This document shows, piece after piece, positions 10,135 through 20,157 of a DNA stretch of 59,608 bases. Where the stretch lies: assembly GCA_019358935.1 (NCBI GenBank), contig JAHHIK010000045.1:1-59608 (forward strand), read 5' to 3'. Source of the DNA: Tolypothrix carrinoi HA7290-LM1 (lineage in GTDB: Bacteria; Cyanobacteriota; Cyanobacteriia; Cyanobacteriales; Nostocaceae). The notes under the pieces are model-generated. The model was not told where the DNA came from and ran no database searches. It saw only the letters and a program-made list of their open reading frames with translations. A program made the translations under genes and the position numbers. Every line of letters starts with the position of its first letter. Positions within the stretch are counted from its first letter, which is position 1.

Positions 10135-10347
10135 GTGCGATACGAGCAAACAAAAAAGTTATCTCTTCGAGAGTTCAAAGGCTTGGTTGGGGTGCAACGA
10201 CGCACGTTTGACGAGATGGTCAAGGTGTTGCAAGATGAAGCTAGTGTCAAATAAACGCTCTTGCTGTCCTCAGAAACTGGATTTGTCAGACCAAGTTCTG
10301 ATTTGCCTACAGAAAAGCGCGGGAATATCGAACTTACTTCCATATTT
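10135..10347 (+). pseudogene. N-terminal remnant of an IS5-family (IS702/ISL2-like) transposase
   Basis: Reads VRYEQTKKLSLREFKGLVGVQRRTFDEMVKVL..*, then after frameshifts KLDLSDQVLICL and REYRTYFHI. This is typical of the N-terminal HTH region of cyanobacterial IS702-like transposases. Confidence 0.8.
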
Positions 10348-10429
10348 TATCTATCTTTAGATAGATAGAATTTAATGCATACCCAGGTGTAAAAATGTTA
10401 AGAATCACACAAGCAAACGATACTTAGTT

Positions 10430-10672
10430 ATGGCAGAAGGTAGAGATATTACAGCGGAAGTTAAGAGAATAATTAAAGAACAACTAGAGGTTGAGGAAAA
10501 AGATATATTACCTGAAGCTAGATTTATAGAAGATTTGAATGTTGATAGTCGAAATTTAGTAGAACTTCATTTTGCTTTTGAAGAAGAATTTGAAATAGAC
10601 ATACCAGATGAAGACGCTGAAGAAGTTCGGACTGTACAAGATGCTGTAGATTACATCGAATCTCATGCATAA
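10430..10672 (+). CDS. Acyl carrier protein, atypical (DSRN at the phosphopantetheine site)
   Basis: 80 aa, acidic; [39 protein letters not shown] is the AcpP pattern. Confidence 0.9.
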   Translation: MAEGRDITAEVKRIIKEQLEVEEKDILPEARFIEDLNVDSRNLVELHFAFEEEFEIDIPDEDAEEVRTVQDAVDYIESHA

Positions 10673-10813
10673 AAGTAATTAAAATAAATCTGGATACTGA
10701 CTCGTCTAAATATTTAGGTAACTCAAGACGAAACAAAAGTTTTGAAGTTGGAAGTTTTCAATTTTGTGTATTTGGCAGTACTTGAAAGATTTACCGGATA
10801 GTCTGACATAAAG

Positions 10814-10858
10814 TAATATGCGATTCAAAATTCTAAATGTGATTTGAATCGCATATTA
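10814..10858. terminator. Perfect 16-bp inverted repeat, probable bidirectional terminator
   Basis: TAATATGCGATTCAAA...TTTGAATCGCATATTA, lying between the ACP gene and a convergent gene fragment. Confidence 0.55.
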
Positions 10859-10877
10859 TTTTATATGGATGATTGGC

Positions 10878-11141
10878 TAAATGTCTTTTTTGGTTGCCAT
10901 TTCAAACATCGCGGTTACAGTGTTTTTCCGAGTGTCAACCTCTGAGTATATTTGCTTGTGTAGTGCTTGCAGGTGAAAATCGCGGTCAAACTCATACCAC
11001 CATTCAATCAATGTGGTGTGTTCGGCATCGGATAACCCAGCTATCCACCCACCATCACGTATGACCCGCTCGATTGATTCTTTGACACTAGCGGTGGATA
11101 GAAACTCTTGACGGGGGTTGATAACACGGCGTAGTAGCCCC
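10878..11141 (-). pseudogene. Captured 3' gene fragment with no start codon (about 87 aa)
   Basis: Open frame GLLRRVINPRQEFLSTASVKESIERVIRDGGWIAG...MATKKDI* begins right at the inner edge of the right IS end. Confidence 0.45.
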
Positions 11142-11178
11142 CTATCATACCATAAAATTATTTTGCAAGAGGTCTATT

Positions 11179-11209
11179 GTAGAGACGTTCCGCGCAGAGG
11201 CGTCTCTAC
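11179..11209. repeat. GTAG-type REP/SDR palindrome (other copies at 19881-19906 and 58058-58087)
   Basis: GTAGAGACG...CGTCTCTAC inverted repeat. Confidence 0.8.
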
Positions 11210-11280
11210 GACGGTTATAGTGTTTATATTATTGCTAATTAAACAGACATGATTTTCATCGCTTGATGCAAGATGTGCTA

Positions 11281-11532
11281 TTACCTTCTACGTCTAAATT
11301 TTCTTACCTGCTTCTTCAAAAAGCCCAAAGTGAAGTATTGCCGATAGCGTTGTGCGACTTCTTTACCCACCAACAGCAGACCCAACCAAAAGAAAATTTC
11401 TGCAAGAACCAGCAACACGGGAATTGCTAACGCTTTTTGGGCAGCAGAAAGCGGTAAAAATGGCAGAACAAAAGGAATTGCGACCCACGGCAAAAACGAC
11501 AGGACAATTAAAATTAAACCCAGTTTCTGCAT
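11281..11532 (-). CDS. Small two-TM membrane protein (transporter-suffix-like)
   Basis: Two hydrophobic helices, AEIFFWLGLLLVGKE motif and a basic tail. Confidence 0.8.
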   Translation of the reverse strand: MQKLGLILIVLSFLPWVAIPFVLPFLPLSAAQKALAIPVLLVLAEIFFWLGLLLVGKEVAQRYRQYFTLGFLKKQVRKFRRRR

Positions 11533-11687
11533 ATTTCCTGATTGTCACAGATTCTGAGTTTAGCGTTGTTGAATTCTGAAAAACTCCACCACGAGAGTTA
11601 ACTTGATTGAGATTCGCAAAGGGGATTGATAGCATCTAGAGGGACACAAGGGAGATGGGGACAACCCTGCAATGCCAATACATCCCG

Positions 11688-11903
11688 ATGTTATCTTATA
11701 ACGCCGCGATGTTATCTTATAACGCCGCGATGTTATCTTATAACGCCTCGATGTTATCTTATAACGCCGCGATGTTATCTTATAACGCCTCGATGTTATC
11801 TTATAACGCCTCGATGTTATCTTATAACGCCTCAATGTTATCTTATAACGCCGCGATGTTATCTTATAACGCCTCGATGTTATCTTATAACGCCCCGATG
11901 TTA
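11688..11903. repeat. Tandem array of 10 x 21 nt (ATGTTATCTTATAACGCCKCG)
   Basis: Ten contiguous units plus a partial one; variation is confined to the last triplet. Confidence 0.97.
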
Positions 11904-11977
11904 CGCAATGTACTAAACTTTGCCTATCTCATTAATTCTAGGGTGTTCCATGCGAACATCTTGCCTGCCCCAAGAGC

Positions 11978-12802
11978 TTAATTCTTTATCCCGGTTGTCG
12001 CAATACCCTGAATAAACTGACGCTGCCCAATCAAAAATAATACCATCACAGGTACTGTTGCGATCGCCACCGCCGCCATCATCAAAGACCAATTACTGGT
12101 AAATTGCTCTTGAAACTCTGCCAAAGCAAGTTGCACCGTTCTTAATTCCGGACGTGTCGTAAACACCAAAGGCTTAAATAAATCGTTCCATTCACCGATA
12201 AACGCGAACAAAAACAATGTTACCAGAGCCGGACGCGCTAAAGGTAACATCACCCGCCACAAAATTTCTAATCGGTTTGCCCCATCTATCGCTGCTGCTT
12301 CTTCCAACTCTACCGGAATTGTTTGGAAATATTGACGTAACAGAAAAATCCCAAAGCCATTAACCGCAGTCGGTAAAATCAGCGCTCCGTAAGTGTTTAT
12401 CAGGTGTCCCCACTTCAAAACCAAAAAAATCGGAATCACCAATAACTGAAAGGGTATCACCAAAGTCGCCAAAATAATTAGCAGCAATGCTTGCTTACCC
12501 CGAAATTTTAACCGGGCTAAAGCGTAACCTGCCAGCGCCGAAGTCACAATTTGAAACGCCGTCACAGCCACTGCCACCAAGGTAGAATTAGCAAACGCCA
12601 GCAAAAAATTACCTCGTTGCCAAGCATCGCGGTAATTGGCTAAAGATAACTTATTCGGTAAAATTTCCAGAGATGCACCAGCTGGGGCAAAGGAGGTAAG
12701 AAAGACAACCACACACGGCAAAACAACGATAAAAGCCCCCAGTAGAAGCACTCCCAGGCTGAAAAAATCGGTATATTTAAAATTCCAACTTTGTTTTGAC
12801 AT
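11978..12802 (-). CDS. Carbohydrate ABC transporter permease
   Basis: Six TM segments, EAA loop ELEEAAAIDGA, and WNDLFKP. Confidence 0.95.
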   Translation of the reverse strand: MSKQSWNFKYTDFFSLGVLLLGAFIVVLPCVVVFLTSFAPAGASLEILPNKLSLANYRDAWQRGNFLLAFANSTLVAVAVTAFQIVTSALAGYALARLKFRGKQALLLIILATLVIPFQLLVIPIFLVLKWGHLINTYGALILPTAVNGFGIFLLRQYFQTIPVELEEAAAIDGANRLEILWRVMLPLARPALVTLFLFAFIGEWNDLFKPLVFTTRPELRTVQLALAEFQEQFTSNWSLMMAAVAIATVPVMVLFLIGQRQFIQGIATTGIKN

Positions 12803-12978
12803 AAATTTTGCTTAAAGTATTTGTTTCTCTACCACTAGAGCATCGCGCTACAGAACCGCTAATCTATAACATAGTAAGTTGTTAAGTTAAATTAAATCAC
12901 GGCAACTATTACCCTGAAAGATAGGGTCTACTCAACTCTGGTATCAATTAGATTCACATTTACAGGAGCGTTCATTTC

Positions 12979-13671
12979 ATGCAGCTTGCAGCCGAATCGG
13001 AAATTGATTTTCAAAGCGAAATTTACAAAGATGCTTACAGCCGGATTAATGCAATTGTGATTGAAGGGGAACAAGAAGCATACGAAAATTACGTTAAACT
13101 GGCTGAACTGCTGCCAGAAAGCAAGGATGAACTAATTCGCTTATCCAAAATGGAAAGTCGCCACAAGAAGGGATTTGAAGCTTGTGGACGCAATCTCAAG
13201 GTTACACCGGATCTGCAATTTGCTCGCGAGTTTTTCTCAGGATTGCACCAAAATTTCCAAGATGCAGCAGCCAAGGGTAAAGTTGTTACTTGCCTGCTGA
13301 TTCAATCTTTGATTATTGAATGTTTTGCGATCGCTGCATACAACATCTACATCCCCGTTGCCGATGATTTTGCTCGTAAAATCACTGAAGGTGTGGTAAA
13401 AGATGAATATAGCCATCTAAACTTTGGTGAAGTTTGGTTAAAAGAAAACTTTACCCAATCCAAAGCCGAATTAGAAGACGCAAATCGCCAAAACCTCCCC
13501 ATCGTCTGGAGAATGCTCAATTCTGTTGAAAAAGATGCCCACACCTTGGCAATGGAAAAAGAAGCTTTGGTAGAAGACTTCATGATTCAATACGGAGAAG
13601 CTTTAAGCAACATCGGTTTCACCACCCGCGACATTATGCGTATGTCAGCCTACGGACTCACAGCCGCCTAA
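12979..13671 (+). CDS. ado: Aldehyde-deformylating oxygenase
   Basis: [23 protein letters not shown] di-iron motifs; directly upstream of aar. Confidence 0.98.
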   Translation: MQLAAESEIDFQSEIYKDAYSRINAIVIEGEQEAYENYVKLAELLPESKDELIRLSKMESRHKKGFEACGRNLKVTPDLQFAREFFSGLHQNFQDAAAKGKVVTCLLIQSLIIECFAIAAYNIYIPVADDFARKITEGVVKDEYSHLNFGEVWLKENFTQSKAELEDANRQNLPIVWRMLNSVEKDAHTLAMEKEALVEDFMIQYGEALSNIGFTTRDIMRMSAYGLTAA

Positions 13672-13687
13672 TTATTGCCCAGAGGAG

Positions 13688-13876
13688 TTGGGGACAAGGG
13701 GGACAAGGAGGACAAGGAGGACAAGGAGGACAAGGAGGACAAGGGGGACAAGGAGGAATTTCTTTCCTGTCCTCCCCCTCTCCCTTGTCTCCCTTGTCTC
13801 CCCCCTCTCCCCATCCCCCCCTCTCCCCATCCCCCCCACTCCCCATCCCCCCCACTCCCCACTCCCCCACCCCCAT
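13688..13876. repeat. Inverted short tandem repeat blocks (GGACAAGGA / TCCCCCC-type)
   Basis: A purine-rich block followed by a largely complementary pyrimidine-rich block between ado and aar. Confidence 0.85.
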
Positions 13877-13918
13877 CCATTCCACGCTTTCGACAAAGCA
13901 CACGTTTAATAACAATAC

Positions 13919-14938
13919 ATGTTTGGTCTAATCGGACACCTCACTAGTTTGGAACACGCGCAAGCGGTAGCTAAAGAATTGGGCTACCCAGAATATGCCG
14001 ATCAAGGTTTAGATTTTTGGTGCAGCGCCCCGCCGCAAATTGTTGATACTATTACTGTTACCAGTGTTACTGGGCAGAAAATTGAAGGACGCTATGTAGA
14101 ATCTTGCTTTTTGCCGGAGATGCTAGCGACTCGACGCATCAAGGCAGCAACCCGCAAAATTCTCAATGCTATGTCTCATGCCCAAAAGAATGGCATAAAT
14201 ATCACGGCTTTGGGTGGGTTTTCCTCAATTATTTTTGAAAATTTTAACTTGGAGCAGTTTCGGCAAGTCCGCAACATTAAACTAGAGTTTGAACGCTTCA
14301 CGACAGGCAATACTCACACTGCCTATATTATTTGTCGGCAAGTAGAGCAAGCTTCAAAGCAATTGGGAATTGAACTCAAAAACGCGACTGTTGCTATCTG
14401 CGGTGCTACTGGTGATATTGGTAGTGCTATCTGCCGCTGGCTAGATGCGAGAACTGATGTTAAAGAACTATTGCTGATAGCGCGTAACTGCGATCGCCTG
14501 AAAAATTTGCAAGATGAATTGGGGCGGGGCAAAATCATGTCTTTGGATGAAGCACTGCCACAAGCTGATATAGTGGTTTGGGTTGCGAGTATGCCCAAAG
14601 GCGTGGAAATTGACCCGACTGTATTGAAGCAGCCTTGTTTGCTGATTGATGGAGGCTATCCGAAAAACCTCGCCATGAAAATTCAGCATCCAGGCGTGCA
14701 TGTATTAAATGGTGGCATTGTCGAACATTCTCTAGATATTGACTGGAAAATTATGAACATAGTCAATATGGATGTTCCCGCAAGGCAGTTATTTGCTTGC
14801 TTCGCCGAATCAATGCTGCTCGAATTTGAGAAGTTATATACGAACTTTTCTTGGGGGCGCAATCAGATTACGGTAGAAAAAATGGAGCAGATTGGTCAGG
14901 TGTCAGTCAAACACGGATTTAGACCGCTGCTGGTTTAG
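13919..14938 (+). CDS. aar: Long-chain acyl-ACP reductase
   Basis: [32 protein letters not shown] and FACFAE. Confidence 0.98.
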   Translation: MFGLIGHLTSLEHAQAVAKELGYPEYADQGLDFWCSAPPQIVDTITVTSVTGQKIEGRYVESCFLPEMLATRRIKAATRKILNAMSHAQKNGINITALGGFSSIIFENFNLEQFRQVRNIKLEFERFTTGNTHTAYIICRQVEQASKQLGIELKNATVAICGATGDIGSAICRWLDARTDVKELLLIARNCDRLKNLQDELGRGKIMSLDEALPQADIVVWVASMPKGVEIDPTVLKQPCLLIDGGYPKNLAMKIQHPGVHVLNGGIVEHSLDIDWKIMNIVNMDVPARQLFACFAESMLLEFEKLYTNFSWGRNQITVEKMEQIGQVSVKHGFRPLLV

Positions 14939-15046
14939 TAATTTGTTAGTTGTTGGTTGTTAGTAGGAGCGTTGTTCTACTAACCGCTAACCACTAACCA
15001 CTAACCACTAACCACTAACCACTAACCACTTTCTATTCCCTAAGTT

Positions 15047-16030
15047 ATGGCTACTACTGAGCGCAAACCGCTGTTGTTGGATTTTGAAAAGCCTCTGGCA
15101 GAACTTGCTAACCGAATTGAGCAGATTCGTCAACTTGCAGAAGAAAATGGCGTCGATGTTTCTAGTGAAATTCGTAAATTAGAAGCTCGTTCTATGGAAC
15201 TGCGTGAGGAAATTTTTACTAGTTTATCGCCATCTCAGCGGCTGCAAGTGGCTCGTCATCCCCGCCGCCCTAGTACTCTTGATTACATTCAGGCAATCAG
15301 TGATGAATGGATGGAGTTACATGGCGATCGCTGTGGTTCTGACGATCCGGCTTTAGTGGGTGGTGTAGGTCGTTTGAGTGGAATGCCGGTTGTCATGTTG
15401 GGTCATCAAAAAGGACGCGACACTAAAGATAATATTGCCCGTAACTTTGGGATGGCAACTCCTGGCGGTTATCGCAAAGCAATGCGCTTAATGGAACATG
15501 CTAACAGGTTTGGGATGCCGATTTTATGCTTTATTGACACACCTGGGGCTTTGCCGACAGTAATTGCGGAACGACAAGGTGCAGGTGAAGCGATCGCCTA
15601 CAATTTACGAGAAATGTTCTGTCTGGATGTGCCAATTATCTGCACAGTCATCGGTGAAGGTGGTTCCGGTGGTGCCCTCGGTATTGGTGTAGGCGATCGC
15701 CTGATGATGTTTGAACACTCCGTTTATACCGTAATTACTCCCGAAGCCTGTGCCGCCATTTTATGGAAAGATGCCAGCAAAGCTCCTCAAGCTGCGGCTG
15801 TATTAAAAATGACTTCACATGACCTGAAAGGTTTGGGAATTATCGACCAGATATTACCCGAACCCATCGGTGGCGCTCATTCCGACCCCCTCAAAGCCGT
15901 TAATACTCTTAAACAAGCTCTGCTGGACAATTTGGAAGAACTTTACCGCTTAACTCCTGCCGAACGCCGCCAATTGCGTTATGAAAAATTCCGCAAAATT
16001 GGTGTTTTCACGGAAGTTTCTCATTCCTAG
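15047..16030 (+). CDS. accA: Acetyl-CoA carboxylase carboxyltransferase alpha subunit
   Basis: [20 protein letters not shown] and [10 protein letters not shown]. Confidence 0.98.
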   Translation: MATTERKPLLLDFEKPLAELANRIEQIRQLAEENGVDVSSEIRKLEARSMELREEIFTSLSPSQRLQVARHPRRPSTLDYIQAISDEWMELHGDRCGSDDPALVGGVGRLSGMPVVMLGHQKGRDTKDNIARNFGMATPGGYRKAMRLMEHANRFGMPILCFIDTPGALPTVIAERQGAGEAIAYNLREMFCLDVPIICTVIGEGGSGGALGIGVGDRLMMFEHSVYTVITPEACAAILWKDASKAPQAAAVLKMTSHDLKGLGIIDQILPEPIGGAHSDPLKAVNTLKQALLDNLEELYRLTPAERRQLRYEKFRKIGVFTEVSHS

Positions 16031-16369
16031 CCCTATATTTTATTGATTCGTTTTGCAGCAATGCTATAATTGCCTGTGGTATGTAAAGATTTTTAACAAT
16101 CTTCAACAGCCATAATATTGGCATTTTTGGTCTTTTAACGACTAACTAATCAATTTTATTGCGGACAAAGAATTTCGGTAGCGAAAGTTGTATAGTCTTG
16201 TTTTACAAAACGTAAAACTGAGAACATACCTATCTTGGCAATGCAAGATTAGCAGTTGTTGAGGAAAACTTATCAGATTCTCAGAATTGTTTAATCTATT
16301 TGATTGCAAAAGTTTTGAATAATTAGGTGGCGGTGCAGTTTGGTAACCACCAAAAAAATTGGAGGTAGC

Positions 16370-17095
16370 ATGAGTGTTACGCAAAAACGACGCGCTCTAA
16401 TTACTGGAGCGAGCAGTGGAATTGGCAAAGCAACAGCATTGGCATTTGCGAAAGCGGGGATAGATGTCGCTTTGGTAAGCCGTTCTGTTGAGAAGTTAGA
16501 GGCAGTAGCAGTAGCAGCAAGGCACGCAGAGGTGACAGCGAAAGCTTATACTGTGGATCTAGCAAATGTTGCCCAAGTACAAGAGTCGATGAGCGCGATC
16601 GCCCGTGACTTTGGCGATATAGACATTCTGGTAAACAATGCTGGCATGGGATATACAGCCACCTTGAGTGAAACTCCTTTAGCTGACTGGCAGCAGGTAA
16701 TCGACTTAAATCTTACCAGCGTGTTTCAGTGCATTCTGGGGATTTTACCTTCAATGCGCGATCGCGGGCACGGTACAATCATCAATGTCGCTTCTTTTGC
16801 CGGCAAACAAGCCTTTGCCAGTTGGGGAGCATACAGCGTTAGCAAAGCTGGTTTGATATCCCTTTCTCAAGCTTTGGCACAAGAAGAACGCGCTCACGGC
16901 ATTCGCGTCACTGCTATTTGTCCAGGTGCTGTCAATACCGAACTCTGGGACACAGAAACTGTCCGCGTCAAACTTGACCGCGCAAATATGTTAACCCCAG
17001 AAATCGTTGCTCAATCGATTCTTCACACCGCACTGTTACCACAACAAGCAGTTGTTGACGAATTGATTCTTATGCCCAGCAAAGGCGTTTTGTAA
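16370..17095 (+). CDS. SDR family oxidoreductase
   Basis: TGASSGIG, NNAG and YSVSK; RBS GGAGG before the ATG at 16370. Confidence 0.95.
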   Translation: MSVTQKRRALITGASSGIGKATALAFAKAGIDVALVSRSVEKLEAVAVAARHAEVTAKAYTVDLANVAQVQESMSAIARDFGDIDILVNNAGMGYTATLSETPLADWQQVIDLNLTSVFQCILGILPSMRDRGHGTIINVASFAGKQAFASWGAYSVSKAGLISLSQALAQEERAHGIRVTAICPGAVNTELWDTETVRVKLDRANMLTPEIVAQSILHTALLPQQAVVDELILMPSKGVL

Positions 17096-17206
17096 GTGCA
17101 TCTCTTGAGGCGCGGATTAAAAGTTAGGAATTAGGAGTTAGGAGGCACGGAGTTATAAATTAGAAGGCGTAAAGTTAAGAATTAGGAGTTAGGAGGCGCG
17201 GAATTA

Positions 17207-17283
17207 ACTCATAACTCATAACTCATAACTCATAACTCATAACTCATAACTCATAACTCATAACTCATAACTCATAACTCACA
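17207..17283. repeat. STRR (AACTCAT)n
   Basis: About 11 perfect 7-mers upstream of folE. Confidence 0.9.
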
Positions 17284-17322
17284 ACCCAAAAGTAATTCAA
17301 ACTCTAACAGAGACTTACGTGT

Positions 17323-18030
17323 ATGACTACTGCTCGTTCCAACGGTTCCAATACCTCTCAATCTCCTCTAATTCCCGACTTGTCAGAAGCCATCAATCCC
17401 AGACCCGATCGCAATACCCGCGACGGACGCGAACCTGATTTGCACGAACCCTCAGACGAACACATGCAGCAAATGAAGGATGCCGTGCGGTCAATTCTGG
17501 TGGGTGTCGGAGAAGATCCTGAACGCGAGGGACTTTTGAAAACACCAAAGCGCGTAGCAGAAGCAATGCGGTTTCTTACCTGCGGGTACAACCAATCTCT
17601 AGAAGACCTCGTGAACAATGCCATTTTTGATGAAGGGCATAACGAGATGGTGTTAGTCCGCGATATTAATTTCTTCAGCTTGTGCGAACACCACATGCTG
17701 CCATTTATGGGTAGAGCGCATGTTGCTTATATCCCCAACCAAAAAGTGGTAGGCTTAAGTAAGCTTGCCCGCATTGTAGAAATGTATTCTCGTCGCTTGC
17801 AAGTACAAGAAAGACTAACTCGCCAAATCGCCGAAGCCGTTCAAACTATTTTAGAACCTCAAGGCGTTGCTGTTGTCATGGAAGCTAGCCATATGTGCAT
17901 GGTAATGCGGGGTGTGCAAAAACCTGGTTCTTGGACTGTCACCAGTGCGATGATCGGTGTGTTTCAAGATGAGCAAAAAACCCGCGAAGAATTCTTTAAT
18001 TTAATTCGCCATCGACCAGCGTTTTTTTAA
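17323..18030 (+). CDS. folE: GTP cyclohydrolase I
   Basis: [33 protein letters not shown] and HMCMVMRG. Confidence 0.98.
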   Translation: MTTARSNGSNTSQSPLIPDLSEAINPRPDRNTRDGREPDLHEPSDEHMQQMKDAVRSILVGVGEDPEREGLLKTPKRVAEAMRFLTCGYNQSLEDLVNNAIFDEGHNEMVLVRDINFFSLCEHHMLPFMGRAHVAYIPNQKVVGLSKLARIVEMYSRRLQVQERLTRQIAEAVQTILEPQGVAVVMEASHMCMVMRGVQKPGSWTVTSAMIGVFQDEQKTREEFFNLIRHRPAFF

Positions 18031-18160
18031 GGTTAGGGGTTAGTTGGAGCGTTGATGGTTGTTGGTGAGCCAGTGCGTTGGGGAGGCAGTGCGCTGCCTC
18101 ACTACTAACCACTACCGACTAACTACTAACAACTAACAAACAACCACTAACCCTTACTCG

Positions 18161-18616
18161 TCATGAATCAATTACTCTAATCACTTTGTCAGTATACAAG
18201 TTGCCATTTGGTAACTTGATAACTAGCTGATTTTTGTTTAAGTCAAGGGTGTAAGTATACTCACCATTTTTGGCAATGTAGACATTCTTTGCCTTGTTAT
18301 AAGACACGGGAATAACTAAGCGATCGCCTGATTTCTTAGTTCTTCCAACGTAGAAGCTACCTTTATTTGTGTAGCAGATACCTACATAATAATTTCTCGT
18401 TTCCACAGAGAAACCTTCTGATATATCATTGACACAATCATTAAGAGCAGCTATCTGAACTGTTTGAGGTTTAGTTGAAGCCGAAACTACTGTTGGTAAA
18501 GAAAGCAACGGTATCAAGCACAGCAATGCACCTGCGCTAAATAACCCTAGCTTTAACATATATTGACGATTATAATTAGATTTCATAGCAGTTATTTTTA
18601 CTTGACTATAAGGCAT
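18161..18616 (-). CDS. Hypothetical secreted protein
   Basis: Signal-peptide-like N-terminus followed by a small beta-rich domain; start codon uncertain. Confidence 0.7.
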   Translation of the reverse strand: MPYSQVKITAMKSNYNRQYMLKLGLFSAGALLCLIPLLSLPTVVSASTKPQTVQIAALNDCVNDISEGFSVETRNYYVGICYTNKGSFYVGRTKKSGDRLVIPVSYNKAKNVYIAKNGEYTYTLDLNKNQLVIKLPNGNLYTDKVIRVIDS

Positions 18617-18713
18617 TGACAGCAGGCGATTAAATCACCTCTTAATTCTAGACTTCCCAAAAAGTAAGCACTGTTCCAGAAACAGCGAAAAATTTTTGTA
18701 GTCAGCGCTGCAA

Positions 18714-18823
18714 TACCCTGTAAGGGTATTGCTATACGGACAAAGTCTGCCGACCCAGGCTAGAGTTTTTAAGCCTGGGTCGGCAGGCTTCGTCAGTGTA
18801 GCCCCAGGCTTCCAGCCTGCGGG
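18714..18823 (+). repeat. Multi-hairpin REP-like element (family A, copy 2)
   Basis: TACCCTGTAAGGGTA...paired GC hairpins...CCCCAGGCTTCCAGCCTG. Confidence 0.75.
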
Positions 18824-18843
18824 CGTTTTTCACGAGTATAAAA

Positions 18844-19488
18844 TTACCCATCCAATTGTGTTTTCGCTCGCAGTCGCGCAAACAACTGCGCTACCTTGTC
18901 TAAATCTTTATCACCAGGAGCGCGTTCTACACCGCTGGATAAATCTATACCACTGGGTTTTACTTGATTTAGAGCCTCGACAATATTATCTGGCGTTAGT
19001 CCCCCTGCTAAAAACCAAGGGCAACTAGGGCTAAATTGCTGTAGCATGTTCCAATCTAAGGTTTTACCAGTACCGCCTAACTGTTGGGGATGATAGGCAT
19101 CAAGTAGCAAAGTATTCACTCTCGTTGTGTAAGTAGCAGCTTTGTCAAAATCTTCTAAGCTGCGTATTCTTAAAGCCTTAATAATTTCTACGTCGGGTAG
19201 AGATTGACGCAACTGGTAGCAAAAATAAATTGATTCGTCTCCGTGGAGTTGGACACCAGTTAAGCCAGAATCGGCAACTGTTTGGGCGATTGACTCAACT
19301 GTAGAGTTAGCAAAAACACCAATTGTATCAGTAGTTTCGGGTAGTTGTGTCACCACTGCGCGAATTTGCGTTGCACTGACGTAGCGCGGTGAAGATGGGA
19401 CACAAATAAATCCTAGTGCTGTTGCACCTTCTCTTGCGATCGCTTTCCCTTGTTCTGGTTGAGTAATTCCGCAAATCTTAACCCGCAT
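18844..19488 (-). CDS. trpF: Phosphoribosylanthranilate isomerase
   Basis: [31 protein letters not shown] and DLSSGVE. Confidence 0.97.
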   Translation of the reverse strand: MRVKICGITQPEQGKAIAREGATALGFICVPSSPRYVSATQIRAVVTQLPETTDTIGVFANSTVESIAQTVADSGLTGVQLHGDESIYFCYQLRQSLPDVEIIKALRIRSLEDFDKAATYTTRVNTLLLDAYHPQQLGGTGKTLDWNMLQQFSPSCPWFLAGGLTPDNIVEALNQVKPSGIDLSSGVERAPGDKDLDKVAQLFARLRAKTQLDG

Positions 19489-19611
19489 AAAAAATTAAAA
19501 TATTTGTCACAAAATTACATTAAGTTTAACTTATACAAACAATTCCTAGTTTTGCTCTTTTTTTGTCTTTCTAACTTTATAATCTTTTATGAATCGGAAG
19601 GAGATACAAAC

Positions 19612-19866
19612 TTGATTTCATCAATCTTACTTGCAGCGGCTACGACTGTTCCGGCTACACCTGAGTGGAATCCCACCGTAGCGATCATCATCAGCGTCAG
19701 CTGTTTAGTGGCACTCTTGCTAACTTTCAAAATTGAAAAACCCTTAGTTGGTCCCAAACTGCCTATACTGCCTATCAGCATTCCGGCATTCATCGGTGCG
19801 ATGTGTTTCGGTCATGTTGTCGGCATTGGCATCGTTTTAGGATTGACCAATATCGGTAGTTTGTAA
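19612..19866 (+). CDS. psaK: Photosystem I subunit PsaK (copy 1)
   Basis: TTG start after GAAGGAG; two TM helices; FGHVVGIGIVLGLTNIG motif. Confidence 0.9.
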   Translation: MISSILLAAATTVPATPEWNPTVAIIISVSCLVALLLTFKIEKPLVGPKLPILPISIPAFIGAMCFGHVVGIGIVLGLTNIGSL

Positions 19867-19919
19867 GTTTTATCACACACAGAGACGTTACATGTAACGT
19901 CTCTACATAAAGAAAATTC

Positions 19920-20078
19920 TCAAAGCAAACGCAAAGTGGCGAGTCTTTCCCAAGACTTATGTGGACAGGCAACCGAAGTTCCAAGCTCACAAGCCTGTCC
20001 ACATAAGGCGTATCTCTTTGTTGCAGGGGTAATTTTGGTGGTAACTTTGCCCATTGTGTTGTCAGTAATGGTTTTCAT
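19920..20078 (-). CDS. Candidate small ORF (52 aa) containing an inserted hairpin
   Basis: GGAGAAG RBS then MKTITDNTMGKVTTKITPATKRYAL...; too short for the ORF track. Confidence 0.3.
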   Translation of the reverse strand: MKTITDNTMGKVTTKITPATKRYALCGQACELGTSVACPHKSWERLATLRLL

Positions 20079-20157
20079 AATTTCTTCTCCCAAGCTAGCT
20101 TTTGGGAATTAATTTTTGTCGCATGCATTACACGAAAGTACGGCACCCGACATTTTA

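Larger units (their letters stand above)
10068..11175 (+). mobile_element. Non-autonomous IS5/IS702-like unit carrying passenger DNA
   Basis: Inverted ends 29/33 identical (AGACCTCTKGCAAAATMMTTTTATGGTATRATA); ATT on both flanks; transposase remnant inside. Confidence 0.8.

Noticed and set aside
11688..11903. 21-nt arrays here and at 39756-39977 as CRISPR arrays
   Set aside because: The units are contiguous with no unique spacers, and there are no cas genes in the window.
11560..11981. ORFs with MLSYNAA / RRYKITS / CYLITPR repeats (and NSKLDVP / SFEFGTR at 39684-40210)
   Set aside because: They are open in several frames only because a stop-free 21-nt unit is repeated; there is no independent coding evidence.
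13658..13947. Overlapping Pro/Gly-rich ORFs (also at 5847, 8152, 34191, 35557, 36309-36718 and 39324)
   Set aside because: Translation artefacts of STRR and related short tandem repeats.
19505..19522. RpaB HLR1 direct repeat upstream of psaK copy 1
   Set aside because: The half-sites are 8 nt apart rather than the 10-nt period.
19450..19611. N-terminal extension of psaK in the ORF track
   Set aside because: It overlaps the trpF start and promoter region; the RBS and TTG at 19612 give a normal-length PsaK.
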